In this document: one piece after another, positions 51,336-62,690 of the stretch
Numbering within the stretch: the stretch's first letter is position 1
Layout of the letters: every line of letters starts with the position of its first letter
DNA from: Octopus sinensis
Taxonomy: Eukaryota
Direction of reading: 5' to 3'
Assembly (NCBI RefSeq): GCF_006345805.1
Contig: NC_043000.1
Location: forward strand, 162,812,001-162,876,000
DNA length: 64,000 nucleotides
Made by a program: the position numbers and the translations under genes
The notes under the pieces: model-generated
What the model saw: the letters and a program-made list of their open reading frames with translations, nothing else
The model's database searches: none
What the model was told of the DNA's origin: nothing

Positions 51336-51649
51336 TTTCAACTCCAGAAATAATGGAAAATATTTCATCCTCACCCAAACATTTTACGTGTCTAAATGAG
51401 AACAGCCTAATTTTTCATTTTCAGCAGAGCAATTGAGACTTCATACGTAACACGCGAAAACCGAAAGTCCTTATATTACCATTCCATATGCAAGACAAAC
51501 GGCAAGAAAGCAAAACAGCAAGGTATCACTAAAGAGAGAATGTGACTTCCACCAGTCAGCCCCAGTTCATGATTTTCCAAGGACAGAGAAATAAAAATGA
51601 TAGATGAATGGAGTTAAATAAAACTCAGAATATATAGAGAGTAAACGAA

Positions 51650-52600
51650 TGTAACAAAACAGTATAATTAATCAACGTTTCGGATAGTGACTCAACACCA
51701 GGCCAGAATGAGAAGAAAAAAACGAAAAGGATTAGAAATTAATAGCAAATGATGTTCGTTCTAAGAAGCAAATACCTGAACGAGAGACTAGAAGTATGCA
51801 GTCCAGAAATTTGGGCTTAAGTAATGAAGAATGGCAAGTGATAAGGGAAATAAACGTGACAAGTCTGATAGGTAAATGGAGTACGTGTAAAGCAGGTTTA
51901 AGTATGTCTTACAAGTATGGGAGAAGGTGGCGAGATGGAATTAAATGTGCATGATGTCAGTTTTTGAATACGTGTCCGAGACAGTGTGAACATAAGTGTG
52001 GACATAATGAGTAAGTGAAAAATGAGTAGAAGGCAAAATATCCTGTATGTACATGGATGGGGATGGATGATAAAATAAGTCAAGAGAATTAAGTGTGAAG
52101 TGTGATAATATATGTGTTGGTGAACCAAAATAGAGTTAAGTGTATGACCAAGTATGTGTGTGAATGTGAGCATACGTGTGAGTGCATATGTGTGTAATTG
52201 TGTGCGTAGGATATGTAAGGTGTTGGCTTAGTGCCTGGAATATGAAAGATGTCAAATTTGAGAGAGAGAAGTTTCTATGAGTGTATGAGTAGAAAAGATA
52301 TGTACGAGTTGTAGTATTTGTTAATGTGGGCATGCAATATGTAAGTGTACGGGAAAAGGATAGAAAAAATAAAGTGGGAATTTGAGTAAGGTACGTTGGA
52401 TTTTAATACCAGCAGAGAAAATTCTGTTTAAGTAGAAAGATACTTTTTTCTAGCAAAAATAGTGAGAATTAGAGTGTTAGTGGAAGAATCATTGGAAGAG
52501 TAAGTTTAGACCCTAAATCGCAAACACAGTTCACCGAACTTTATTCAAAAATGCAGATTTGTAAATTTACATTTTTATTTATAATTTACTGGATTATTTG
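51650..52600 (-). mobile_element. Probable PLE 3' region (pyrimidine-rich UTR ending in a CGAAACGTT hammerhead remnant)
   Basis: Purine-rich on +; AACGTTTCG at 51674-51682; no clear coding motif. Confidence 0.4.
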
Positions 52601-52849
52601 GATTTGTTATTAAACTTCTAGGTGATAATCTTGAAATGTCATTGTTTGAAGAAGACCATCACTCCACTCTCACCACCTCCATCCACTACAAATACACACT
52701 CACACTCATACCTCAACTTCTCCTTCTTCCACCCTAAACTTACCAAGCTCTCCATCCTCTATTCCCAATTCCTCCCTCTTTGCAGTCTCTGAAGTGACAA
52801 CCATGATTTTGAGACTCAGTCTCAACTCATGGCCCGCCACTTAATCCTA

Positions 52850-54260
52850 CGTGAATATCCTTTCACCACTGTCCACACCTCCCTTGCCAGAGCACGTTTC
52901 GTGGACCGTGCCCCTGTTCCCCTCCAGCACCCGCCCCGCCATCACTCGTCTCCCGGTTCCCCTCACCTACCACTTCTCCACCCTACCTCTCCAACGCACC
53001 ATTCTCCGAGCCTTCCGGCGACTTCAGTCCGATTCCCCCACTTCGCACATCTTACCTAACCGACCCCTCCCCTCCTTCAAACGAGCCCACAAACTACGTT
53101 ACTTCCTGGTCCACAGTTTCTTCCCTAGCCCAAAATCCCAACCCGGCTCATTCCTCTGCTACCGCCCACGCTGTCGCCCCTACCTCTCCAACACCACCAT
53201 CCTCACAGGCACTCTTCATCGACCCTATCATATCACTGACTCCTTCACCTGCACTTTTAGCAACGTCCTCTAATGCATCTCCTGCTCTCTCTCTCTCTCT
53301 GTCCTTCTCTGTACATCGGTCAAACGAGATGCCGCTTGGCTGACCGGTTCGCGGAATACCTATTTCTTTACTACCCACAAGGGGCTAGACATAGAGGGAA
53401 CAAACAAGGATAGACAAACAGATCAAGTCAATTACATCGACCCCAGTGCGTAACTGGTACTTAATTTATCGACCCCGAAAGGATGAAAGGTAAAGTTGAC
53501 CTCACAACGTAACGGCAGACGAAATACGGCTACGCATTTCGCCCGGTGTGCTAACGCTTCTGCCACCTCCGAGACATCAGACTCGGCAACGACAGCCCCG
53601 TCTCACGCCATTTCCGTTCTACCGGTCATTCTTTACAACACCTCTCTCTGTTCGGATTGTTCTTGCACAGGGACCATCCGAACTACCGTCTTCGCCTTGA
53701 ACTGGAATTAATCTTCTCTCTTCGCTTCTCTGCCCCACATGAGCTCAATTCTCATCCCTTCTTAATCTAACTCCCATCCTCTCTCCTCTCTTCCTCTCAC
53801 ACCTACTTCCTCCTTTCACTCCCACCCACCTCTTCTCTCCTCTCTTGCTCTAACACCTACTTTCTCTCTTCACTCCTATCCACCTTCTCCCTTCCACCCT
53901 CTCCCTTCATCGTCACCCCTCCATCGTTACCCCACCCCTACACATTCCTACCCCACCAACCCTTTACATCCCATCTAATCCCCACCCCATCCCACACATT
54001 CCAAGACCACATACCCCACCCCTTCCTCACACCCTATTCCCACATACCCCACTCCTACCCCCAACCTCACCAACACTACACCCTTGCTTCCCCCACATCC
54101 CAACACCACCACACCACACCATACCACCCCGCACACACTAGCACTGACCACTTCCCAGCACCCACACCATCATCCACACACCTATACACGCACACACGCA
54201 CACGTCAAGGTCACCAGCCCCCCCCTATCCACACGCACATATAATCCCAATCTGTTCAGT
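52850..54260 (+). mobile_element. Neptune-type Penelope-like element 3' part (Cys-rich linker, GIY-YIG, C-rich 3' UTR)
   Basis: PLTYH...LQSD...SFKR...C.RPRC...SFTC..SN..CI.C..C.SLYIGQT...RFAE|HLRDIR...PVSRHF. Confidence 0.9.
53357..53563 (-). mobile_element. SINE family 2 monomer inserted in the GIY-YIG coding region
   Basis: Splits the codons GAA|CAC of RFAE|HLRD. Confidence 0.92.
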
Positions 54261-54624
54261 CTACCTTAGCATTGATTCGAGAATTTTCCCGCAATTTTTC
54301 CCAAATAACTATGGATTTAGAAATATTTTATACGATGAGATTTTCGCTTGATTAGCAGGGAAATTGGAGTTTATGACAAAACTGAATAACTTAGAGCAAT
54401 GTATGGTGCTTTGTGGTCAAAATATCGATGGTACTTGCTTGTGGAGTCTCACCTCTAAAATCCATCCGAATTAGTCTTCTTATGTTCTTGCAATATGTCA
54501 AAATATATTCTATTTGTTTAAAGGTCACACTAACGTATTCCATAAGTCCATTGTCTTGGAGTGTCTATCTTTATTAAGCACCGATTTTCCTCTTCTTCAA
54601 AGTTATTTGTGATGTTTATTATAT

Positions 54625-54710
54625 ACTAGCCGTAATACCCGTCGTTGACCGGGTAATTACTTTTATTCTTTCTCGAGACCCACATTCAAAGTGTTATTAT
54701 ATATAAAGAG
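54625..54710 (+). mobile_element. Very short Helitron/Helentron-like non-autonomous element
   Basis: ACTAGCCGTAATACCCGTCGTTGACCGGG 5' end with a CCCG...CGGG mini-hairpin; TATTATATATA.AG 3' end. Confidence 0.45.
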
Positions 54711-55113
54711 AGATTTGCTTCTCCCGTATGTGTGTATTTTATAAGAAAAAAGATGTAATAATTGAAATAGAAAAAAGATCAATTTCATACACGAACTTCT
54801 ATTTCTTTATTAGATTACAATAAGTGAGTTGTATGTGTTAGTTTATATATCAATACAGTAATGGCAATTATATAATACACAAGGCTATGGTCTGCACGGA
54901 GCTGTGATGAAACAGAATCGCCCGACGTGCCACACAGTGGGACTCAACCCAAGGCGACATGGATGGAATGCAAGCTTCTCAAACGCACAGCCACGTCTAT
55001 AAAGGAGAGACACCTTTTGGATAATATACTCTTTGATACAATATGCTTAACAAAAAGATGGGATGTTTACGTTGAGAGGGCCCCAACCCTAACCCTAACA
55101 ACGCTACACAATG

Positions 55114-55553
55114 CAGGGTGTTCCAGAATTAACTGTTTCAATGAATTGAGCAAATTTAAAAAAAAAACTGACAATATATAAAGTAGCTTTATATATTTTA
55201 CGTCAATCTTGTATTGAAAACGTTCAACATGTCTGTGTGTCACTGCATACTTCAAATCTCTCCTTAGCCTTGTGAAACACATTATGAAGCATTGCAGGAG
55301 TTAGCTCCTGCACTGCCAACCGAATGTGTTCTTTAAACTAAACGACTGCTCCATCTTGGGTATGGAGGTAAAGAAAATGATTGCTGCCAAATTAAAAAAA
55401 AAACTGTCATGGTCAAATAAGAGGGGTTCAACAGGAATGAAAATGAAATTATAAACAAAATTCAAAATTTATACACTTTTTACACATATTAAACATGATA
55501 AACATAAATAACAGTGAATTCATTCAAATCATCATTAATTCTAGGACGACCTG
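55114..55553 (-). mobile_element. Non-autonomous Tc1/mariner-superfamily element with both TIRs
   Basis: CAGGGTGTTCCAGAATTAA versus TTAATTCTAGGACGACCTG (TA follows); internal FKEHIRLAVQELTPAMLHNVFHKAKERFEVC on the minus strand. Confidence 0.75.
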
Positions 55554-56059
55554 TATTTACTCGTCCGACTAAACGCAGGGAACACAGGTGGGGAGGACTA
55601 ATTGCAAGTGGCGAGCGTAGCTTCCGGAAGTGGACACGCGGTCAAAATGAAATGGCTGTGAATCACAGCAGCAGTATTTTTTGTATGAACATTTTGCACT
55701 ATATAGTTCAGACGTGGATGACATGGAAAGCAGACATGCCGAGCCACGTTGCGCAGGATTGGAAACGTGAAACATCAACAGGGCAGTTCTAGAGAAAGGA
55801 TGAATGGGTTTGTTGTGCACACATACGCACATGGCCCGGTGGTGCGCCGACAAAAATTTAAAGTCCTTATTTTCTCTGCCAAACTGGACAAAAAGGTTTT
55901 CATGAAATATTATACGCTACTTATAATGCATAAGTAGTGTCAATATTTTATTGTTGGAAAATGGCCTAAAACAAAGATAAGACCCAGTGCAGTATACTCA
56001 AATTGGATTAATCTACATTTTTGGAGGGTCATAGCCGGCGTCGGAATTTTTTTTTCTTT

Positions 56060-56352
56060 TTAGTCAACAGCAATTCGAGGAGCCTGGTTAATGTTTGTTG
56101 CAAATTTGGAGGAAAGCGATTGGATACTCTTCAAGTTACGGGCTTTAACGCAGCAAAATGCTTTTAAAATGCGGTTTATCTGCCCCTGGGCCCGCATTAG
56201 GCAAGAAGTCGAAGATTGTTTTGGCACATGACACTCCATGGACCCTATGTAATGCATGCATAAAATTTCATTAAAATCAGTTGCGTGGATCTGAAGTTTT
56301 AACGACATGACAAACACACACAGACACACATCCAGTGTTTTATATATAGAGA
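56060..56352 (+). mobile_element. Helentron-associated (HINE/DINE-like) non-autonomous element
   Basis: AAATTTCATTAAAATC.GTT...ACAAACACACACAGACA...TTTTATATATAGAG 3' architecture. Confidence 0.55.
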
Positions 56353-56794
56353 GATTTCTGTATGAACTTGCATTTAATCCAGATAGTATTTCACTTCTCA
56401 GCATGATATTACAGTGATTGAAAACTTATTTACCCCCTAAAACCAGTAACATTGCGCAACAATTTCCAACTATTTTTCGTTTAGAGACATGGAAACTACA
56501 ATTCCCTATTAAATCGGTGATGTTGAATTCATGATACTCAATCAAATTTCCATATCAAGTCCAGATTTTGTGCAAACCAAGGACTCAGTTTTTACTTTCT
56601 CCTTTCTCAGCTTCTAACGCACCGAATTTTTCTGTGCCTTATGTTATGCTAGCCAGACTTAAAAGGCGTAAACAGGGTTGTCATTTCTCATTTCATTTGA
56701 TTTAAAACAAGTCGCGGCGTTACGTTAGAGGAGTTACGATCTCACCAATACAAAGCGTGTCAACTTTAAGAGCGAAGTGCAAAATCTTATTATG

Positions 56795-57190
56795 AACTGG
56801 AACTTCGTTGTAGTGCCATCTTTTGTATTCTTTGAGATAAGAACGCTCTTTTTGAAGTAACAAACAATAATCACATCATATTTCAACTAAATTTCCTTTC
56901 ATCTCCGAACTTCATAATGGAAATCAGCTGCTTAAAACATCACGCTGATCGTTTACAGACCCTAGTTTGATATGCAATATTAAAGAAATGTAAGAATATA
57001 AAAAAAACTCATTGTAAACGTTATACATCATTCCGTTCTTTCATTAAATTTCAATGTGTTATCCTATTTTAAAATTCGAATAGGAGAGGAACTTTAGTTG
57101 AAATATGATGAGTGAATATCGCTTGTTCTTTCAAAAAGAGCGTTCTTAATCTTACAGAAAGCAAAAGATTATATTACAACGACGTTTCAC
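56795..57190. mobile_element. Old MITE-like element with about 115-bp diverged inverted repeats
   Basis: TAAGAACGCTCTTTTTGAA...CATCATATTTCAACTAAA (56840-56895) mirrored at 57090-57150. Confidence 0.7.
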
Positions 57191-57194
57191 TTCC

Positions 57195-57560
57195 TAATAG
57201 GAATTTGCATTTCTATTTCTGATATATATATTGAAAATATATCTTCGTATGTTAGCTAGTTTATCAGGGTTCATTGCTGTATCCAAGTTTTTATCTAGGT
57301 TATTTTTCTTCCAGATTCTATATGTATATGTTGTTGTGCGTTTCGCTCTTTGGGTAGAGCACAGCTGTAAAATAAGCGTATAGGATTGAAATATATTCTT
57401 CATGTGTCCATTTATGCCTTTTTGATTTTGTTTGCTGGACATGAGGAATAACGTCCGGCCCTTTATTTCGACGGTCATCATTTTCGTAGGGTACCGGTCC
57501 ATTCATTTTTGGTGTTAAATGGTTTTGCACCTGTAGTCTTTCGTACATTTTATGTAACAA
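57195..57560 (-). mobile_element. Dong/R4 ORF N-terminal fragment
   Basis: KRHKWTHEEYISILYAYF...IW...NPDKLANIRRYI matches the R4-clade N-terminal KW..EE pattern. Confidence 0.7.
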
Positions 57561-59164
57561 GTTTAAAGTACGTACTTCCCGATTGTTATTCTTGAGTTAA
57601 ATAATACAAGTATTATTTAACTTACTTTTAATTTTTTTGTGCATGGTGTTTGGGGACGGAGATGGTCTGATGTTGATTGTATCGCAATGTGGTGAGCGTA
57701 TTTACACGTGCTGTGCGAGCAATGGAGATAATATAAAGTTAAAAAACAACAAATTTCCGAGTAAAAGTCTTGGCTCCAGACGCAACCTACCGATTTCTAC
57801 TGGTGCAAGGTTATTCATATTCTTCACAGCTGCATAAAGCGATGGGAGATGTGCGTCACCATTGGTGGTGGATATGTAGAGAAGGACTAATAATGATGCC
57901 AAGTTTCGTTTATCCCATTCCTTGGGAAGTGGGTCAGGGGAAATTTCTAATGAACACCCCTCGTACTTTGCTTGGGATAAAATGTATCTAACAGATATAC
58001 AAAATCTCTTTCTTTTCTATTATCAAATAAGTTTAAATGAATACCCACAGACGGATATGTCTGGTTAGTATGGACACAATATGTATACTGTCATTTATAA
58101 ACATATAGTCTCGTAGTATCAGAAATTTGAGGCTTGAATTTTCACTCTTCCAGCGTCAGTTGAATAACTGATAGCAAAAACAATTTACCACTAAAAAATT
58201 CCCTTTAAAATATGATTAATGCATTGACAGAACTGCTGCCAAGAACAGGAACGTAAATGTCAAAGTGATATGCTCCATTTGCTGAAGAGTCAGAAGAAGG
58301 CATTTCCTATTTTCAATGTGTCATAAGTTCTTTCTCAATGAATCACTAAACCGCTCATACTTCACATTTATCTATTTGTAGGCATCATACATTTTATTTA
58401 ATTTTCTTTCTCGAATAAACTTGCAGAATAGTTAAAACAAAATAAAACATATATTTGTATGCATGTGCGCGTGTGCGTGTACGTCAAAGTGTGTATTTCA
58501 ACAAATTCCAAAGTAGTATCGTGAAGTCAGAGAAATTGGCACAATCTTCATCCACGTCTTTTGTTACTGCTGACGTAAAAAAAAAAAAAACGAAACAGAT
58601 ATGAGTGTAAGTGTACGTGAAAATTATTCATTTAAATATTAATTCTTTTACTTTTTTTGTTATTTACATCTTTCTGCCATCACAGCTAAAGTATTTGAAT
58701 TATGGACACAATATATCTAATAAGCTTCTATGCCACTTCTATTTACCACTTTTCACTCACAAACTATGGATCCGCTTGAGGCTCAAGTAAAGGACGTGTG
58801 ATGAAGATGTAATTGGGATGGCATCCAGGCTTTCTGGTTGCGAAGTTGATTTCTTAACTATTCGGCGATATTGCATACATGCATGCATAAAGATATAGCT
58901 TTGGCACACATTGTGTTATGGTGAGTGTGTGTGAGAATAGCGTTAAGGGTACAAGTGACTCTGAAATGCTCAGCTTTTTACACGTTAATTAAGGTGTAGG
59001 TTATTCATAGGGTATCTCAATCCTCATCAAACTACAGACAGCCGAGGGAAGATGTCTTCTATTATTGATCCTGGTCGACTAAAGCCTTGTGGGTGAATTT
59101 GACGAGCGGAAGCTGAACGAAGCCATCGAATATAAACATGTGCGTGTGTGTGTGTGTGTGGGGG

Positions 59165-59865
59165 GGGTTGTCGGATAAATACGGTCGTTTTTTTTTTATT
59201 TCTCGCTTATTTTAATCCTTAATTCTAATCAACAATTTTAACAAATCACTCAATAATGTATACTCTTTCGTTGTTCACAACTTTTGCCTATGTTCCGTTA
59301 GATTGCCAATGCCTGGGTAGAAATCACCAGGTCACAGATCGAAGAATTCTTCGCTTCACGTTTTCAGGTTTCCGGACGTTGTTAAAAGAAATGACTTTCA
59401 CACTGTTGGAGAGTGATCGATAAAAAAAGGGGAAAATCTGAAAGCGGTTTATCAGATGAATACGGTGAATTTAGTAAACTTCCCAACCGAATTCTTGAAA
59501 AGCTATTTTACTCAAATTAGCCACGTAGAGACGGATGTTGTCGTATCGAAGAAGCAAGCTGTGTCACCGGTCAGGTCATTTTAGCCGGATTGTTTCGTTG
59601 GTCCTTACCCATCGAGTGAAGGAGATGCACGTCGGTATCGTGAAAGCCCCCACCACCACCACCACCATCTCCGAAGCCAATTCCATAAAGGATTGGTGCA
59701 GATACTCGTGGATGAGCTTCTTTCACAGAATTGCATTGAACTAAACAAGCTGGCGTGCGAAGAGTGAGTGATGTCGAATTTTCTTTCATCTAAGCATAAA
59801 AACCCTGCCTGTACAGTTCCTTCAGAACAAGTCTCTTCTCCATATTCTGCACAATTCGTACTCAA
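59165..59865 (-). mobile_element. Internally deleted mariner
   Basis: YGEETCSEGTV (HTH), HLLHSMGK, YDN, FGWEV, RSLSN remnants; TIR-like GGTTGTCGGATAAAT at the left end. Confidence 0.8.
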
Positions 59866-60068
59866 TCGTCATATGTGTGAAAAGATGTAAAATGCATTCA
59901 ATTTCAAAATGATTGACAAAACTTGTAGCAAAAGAATAAGCCTTAAATGTATAAATAAAACTATGATTAAAATATTTTAATATATTTCGTGTTAATTTAA
60001 ATAACACTGGAAAGAAACGAGCGAACCATTCTGATTTATGTTTGCATGTATGAATTCATGTATGTATG

Positions 60069-60493
60069 TCGTTATTCAGTTTTATTTCAAGATTTCTTGC
60101 CAACAGAGAAAGAGCCGGTTTCTAACCTAGATCCAAGGCTCCTTCGTTGGAATTTCAACATCAACAACAGGGCATTTTCCTATGTATGTATGTATGTATG
60201 CATGTATATGTGCAGATTTCTATGTTTTGTTTTATGTATGTATTTTTATGCCTACACTTTCTTATCTAGACATGCACATGTATACTTAAATGATAAACTT
60301 CTGGAAAGTTTTACAGATTTTTCAATAGTTCAGTGTAGGTATTCTTTTTTTTCATTGACCTTCAGCCTTATGTTAGCATCCGCTGTGCAGCTGATTTCCA
60401 CAACTGTACACAGTTTCTCTTCTCTTTCCCAAATCATTATAATAGGTTTATTGTGCTTACATTTTATTGAGGTTTTCACTGGAACATTCCACC
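60069..60493 (-). mobile_element. Dong/R4 3' fragment (lineage C) with an internal deletion, flanked by (TATG)n on both sides
   Basis: CKHNKPIIMIWEREEKLCTVVEISC...ELLK fused to ICKTFQKFII*; 3' UTR matches 44110-44210. Confidence 0.9.
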
Positions 60494-60819
60494 ATATATG
60501 CATGTATGTATGTATGTATGTATGTATGTATGTATGTATGTATGTATGTATGTATGGTTTCTCTAGTATTTCCTATAATAAAGTAATTGGAACTTGAATA
60601 AAATAGTAATATACATCTAGAGATTGAATTTCACAAAAGTTTTAAAATTTGTCCTATTCTTCATCCTTCCTTGACCTCTTCATCGCAGATTACAAATCCG
60701 GCTTCTAAAACCCTAGGATTTCCAAAGTATTATGAATATGGAAGTTATCGCAAGAACCAGAACAGATACTGCAAGATACTTCGTTTCACCTCTTGTAATA
60801 GCTTCAATCTACTGCTCTG

Positions 60820-60955
60820 GGGTAGTATTTTTTATCGACCCGGAAAAGATGAAAGGGAAATTTGGTCTCCGAAAAACTGGAATTCAGATCACAGAGATGC
60901 GAAATAAATATCGTATGCAATTTTATCCAAGATTCTAACGATTCTACCACTTTGC
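60820..60955 (-). mobile_element. Degenerate SINE family 2
   Basis: TTTTTATCGACCCGGAAAAGATGAAAGG...CTAACGATTCTACCA. Confidence 0.8.
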
Positions 60956-61023
60956 CTGAAGGAAATGCCCTATAAATTATTTATACATAGGCGCAGGCAT
61001 GTCTGTATGCTTAAAAATTCTAG

Positions 61024-61322
61024 GGAATTGGCTTCAGACATGGAGGGGCTCTCACGATACCATCGCGCATCTCCTTCATTCGATGGGTAAGGTCCAAAAA
61101 AACAATCCGGCTGAAACGACCTGACCGGTGACACGGCGTGCTTTTTCAATACGACAACGTCCGTCTCTACGTTGTTAATTTGAACAAAATAACTTTTCAA
61201 GAATTCGGTTGGGAAGTATACTAATTTCACCGTATTCACCTGATAAAGATCCTTCAGTTTATCCTCTTTTTTCCGATCGCTCTCCAACAGTCTCAGAGTC
61301 GTTTCTTTCAACAGCGACCGGA
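61024..61322 (+). mobile_element. Partial copy of the same deleted mariner as 59165-59865
   Basis: Aligns by eye to the reverse complement of about 59380-59690. Confidence 0.8.
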
Positions 61323-61617
61323 AGCTAATTCATTCAGCTTCAGTGTGTGGCACCTTGGACAAAGTGTCTTCTACCATATCACCGAACGGCCGACGATGCC
61401 TTGTGAGTGAGTTTAATAGACGGAAACTGCGTGAAAGCTCGTCGTGTATGTGTGTCTGTGTGTGTGCGTGTGTGTGTGTGCGCCTGCGCGTGCGTCTGTG
61501 TGTAATAAGGGTGGTTTGTTCCCAATTTTACAACTGAAAAGCAGTAATATATACGTCACTTTAGTGCCCTCAGTCACTTTAGTGACGTATGTGTGTGTAT
61601 ATATATATATATATATA

Positions 61618-62418
61618 GGCGCAGGAGTGGCTGTGTGGTAAGTAGCTTGTCTACCAACCACATGGTTTCGGGTTCAGTCCCACTTGGGCAAGTGTCTTCT
61701 ACTATAGCCTCGGGCCGACCAAAGCCTTGTGATTGGATTTGGTAGACGGAAACTGAAAAGAAGCCCGTCGTATATATGTGTATATATATATATATGCGTG
61801 TGTGTGTTTGTGTGTCTGTGTTTGTCCCCTAGCATTGCTTGACAACCGATGCTGATGTGTTTATGTTTCCGTTACTTAGCGGTTCGGCAAAAGAGACCGA
61901 TAGAATAAGTACTGGGCTTACAAAAGAATAAGTCCCGGGGTCGAGTTGCTCGACTAAAGGCGGTGGTCCAGCATGGCCGCAGTCAAATGATTGAAACAAG
62001 TAAAGAGTAATATATATATATATATATATAGGCGCAGGAGTGGCTGTGTGGTAAGTAGCTTGTCTACCAACCACATGGTTTCGGGTTCAGTCCCACTTGG
62101 GCAAGTGTCTTCTACTATAGCCTCGGGCCGACCAAAGCCTTGTGATTGGATTTGGTAGACGGAAACTGAAAAGAAGCCCGTCGTATATATGTGTATATAT
62201 ATATATGCGTGTGTGTGTTTGTGTGTCTGTGTTTGTCCCCTAGCATTGCTTGACAACCGATGCTGATGTGTTTATGTTTCCGTTACTTAGCGGTTCGGCA
62301 AAAGAGACCGATAGAATAAGTACTGGGCTTACAAAAGAATAAGTCCCGGGGTCGAGTTGCTCGACTAAAGGCGGTGGTCCAGCATGGCCGCAGTCAAATG
62401 ATTGAAACAAGTAAAGAG

Positions 62419-62421
<3 letters not shown>
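61618..62421 (+). mobile_element. Two head-to-tail full-length SINE family 1 copies (unit about 413 bp)
   Basis: Copies start at 61618 and 62031 and share the private deletion CAGTCCCAC^TTGGGCAAG. Confidence 0.95.
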
Positions 62422-62470
<49 letters not shown>

Positions 62471-62479
62471 GGAGAGACA

Positions 62480-62690
62480 TCGCTATCCACTAGCCATGAT
62501 AGATCGCTAGCCACTACACATTCTTTATTTTCTCTCCCTGTTTATTTCTATGTTCCTCTCTGTCGAAGAGCGTAGGCTCGAAACGTTAAAGACTTTATCA
62601 CTTCCCGAGCGTTATACTAATACTAATACATCTGTTTGTTGTCTACACCACCTGTCTTCGTCTTTTGTTTCTTTGTGAAATCTCCTTGTA
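62480..62690 (+). mobile_element. Family X PLE-like terminal repeat with hammerhead-like motif at 62555-62592
   Basis: CTGTCGA-A-GAGC(GTAG)GCTC-GAAAC-GTT-AAAGA; downstream sequence homologous to 18675-18777. Confidence 0.75.

Noticed and set aside
55083-55098. (CCCTAA)-like telomeric repeat
   Set aside because: Only about 2.5 units; expected by chance.
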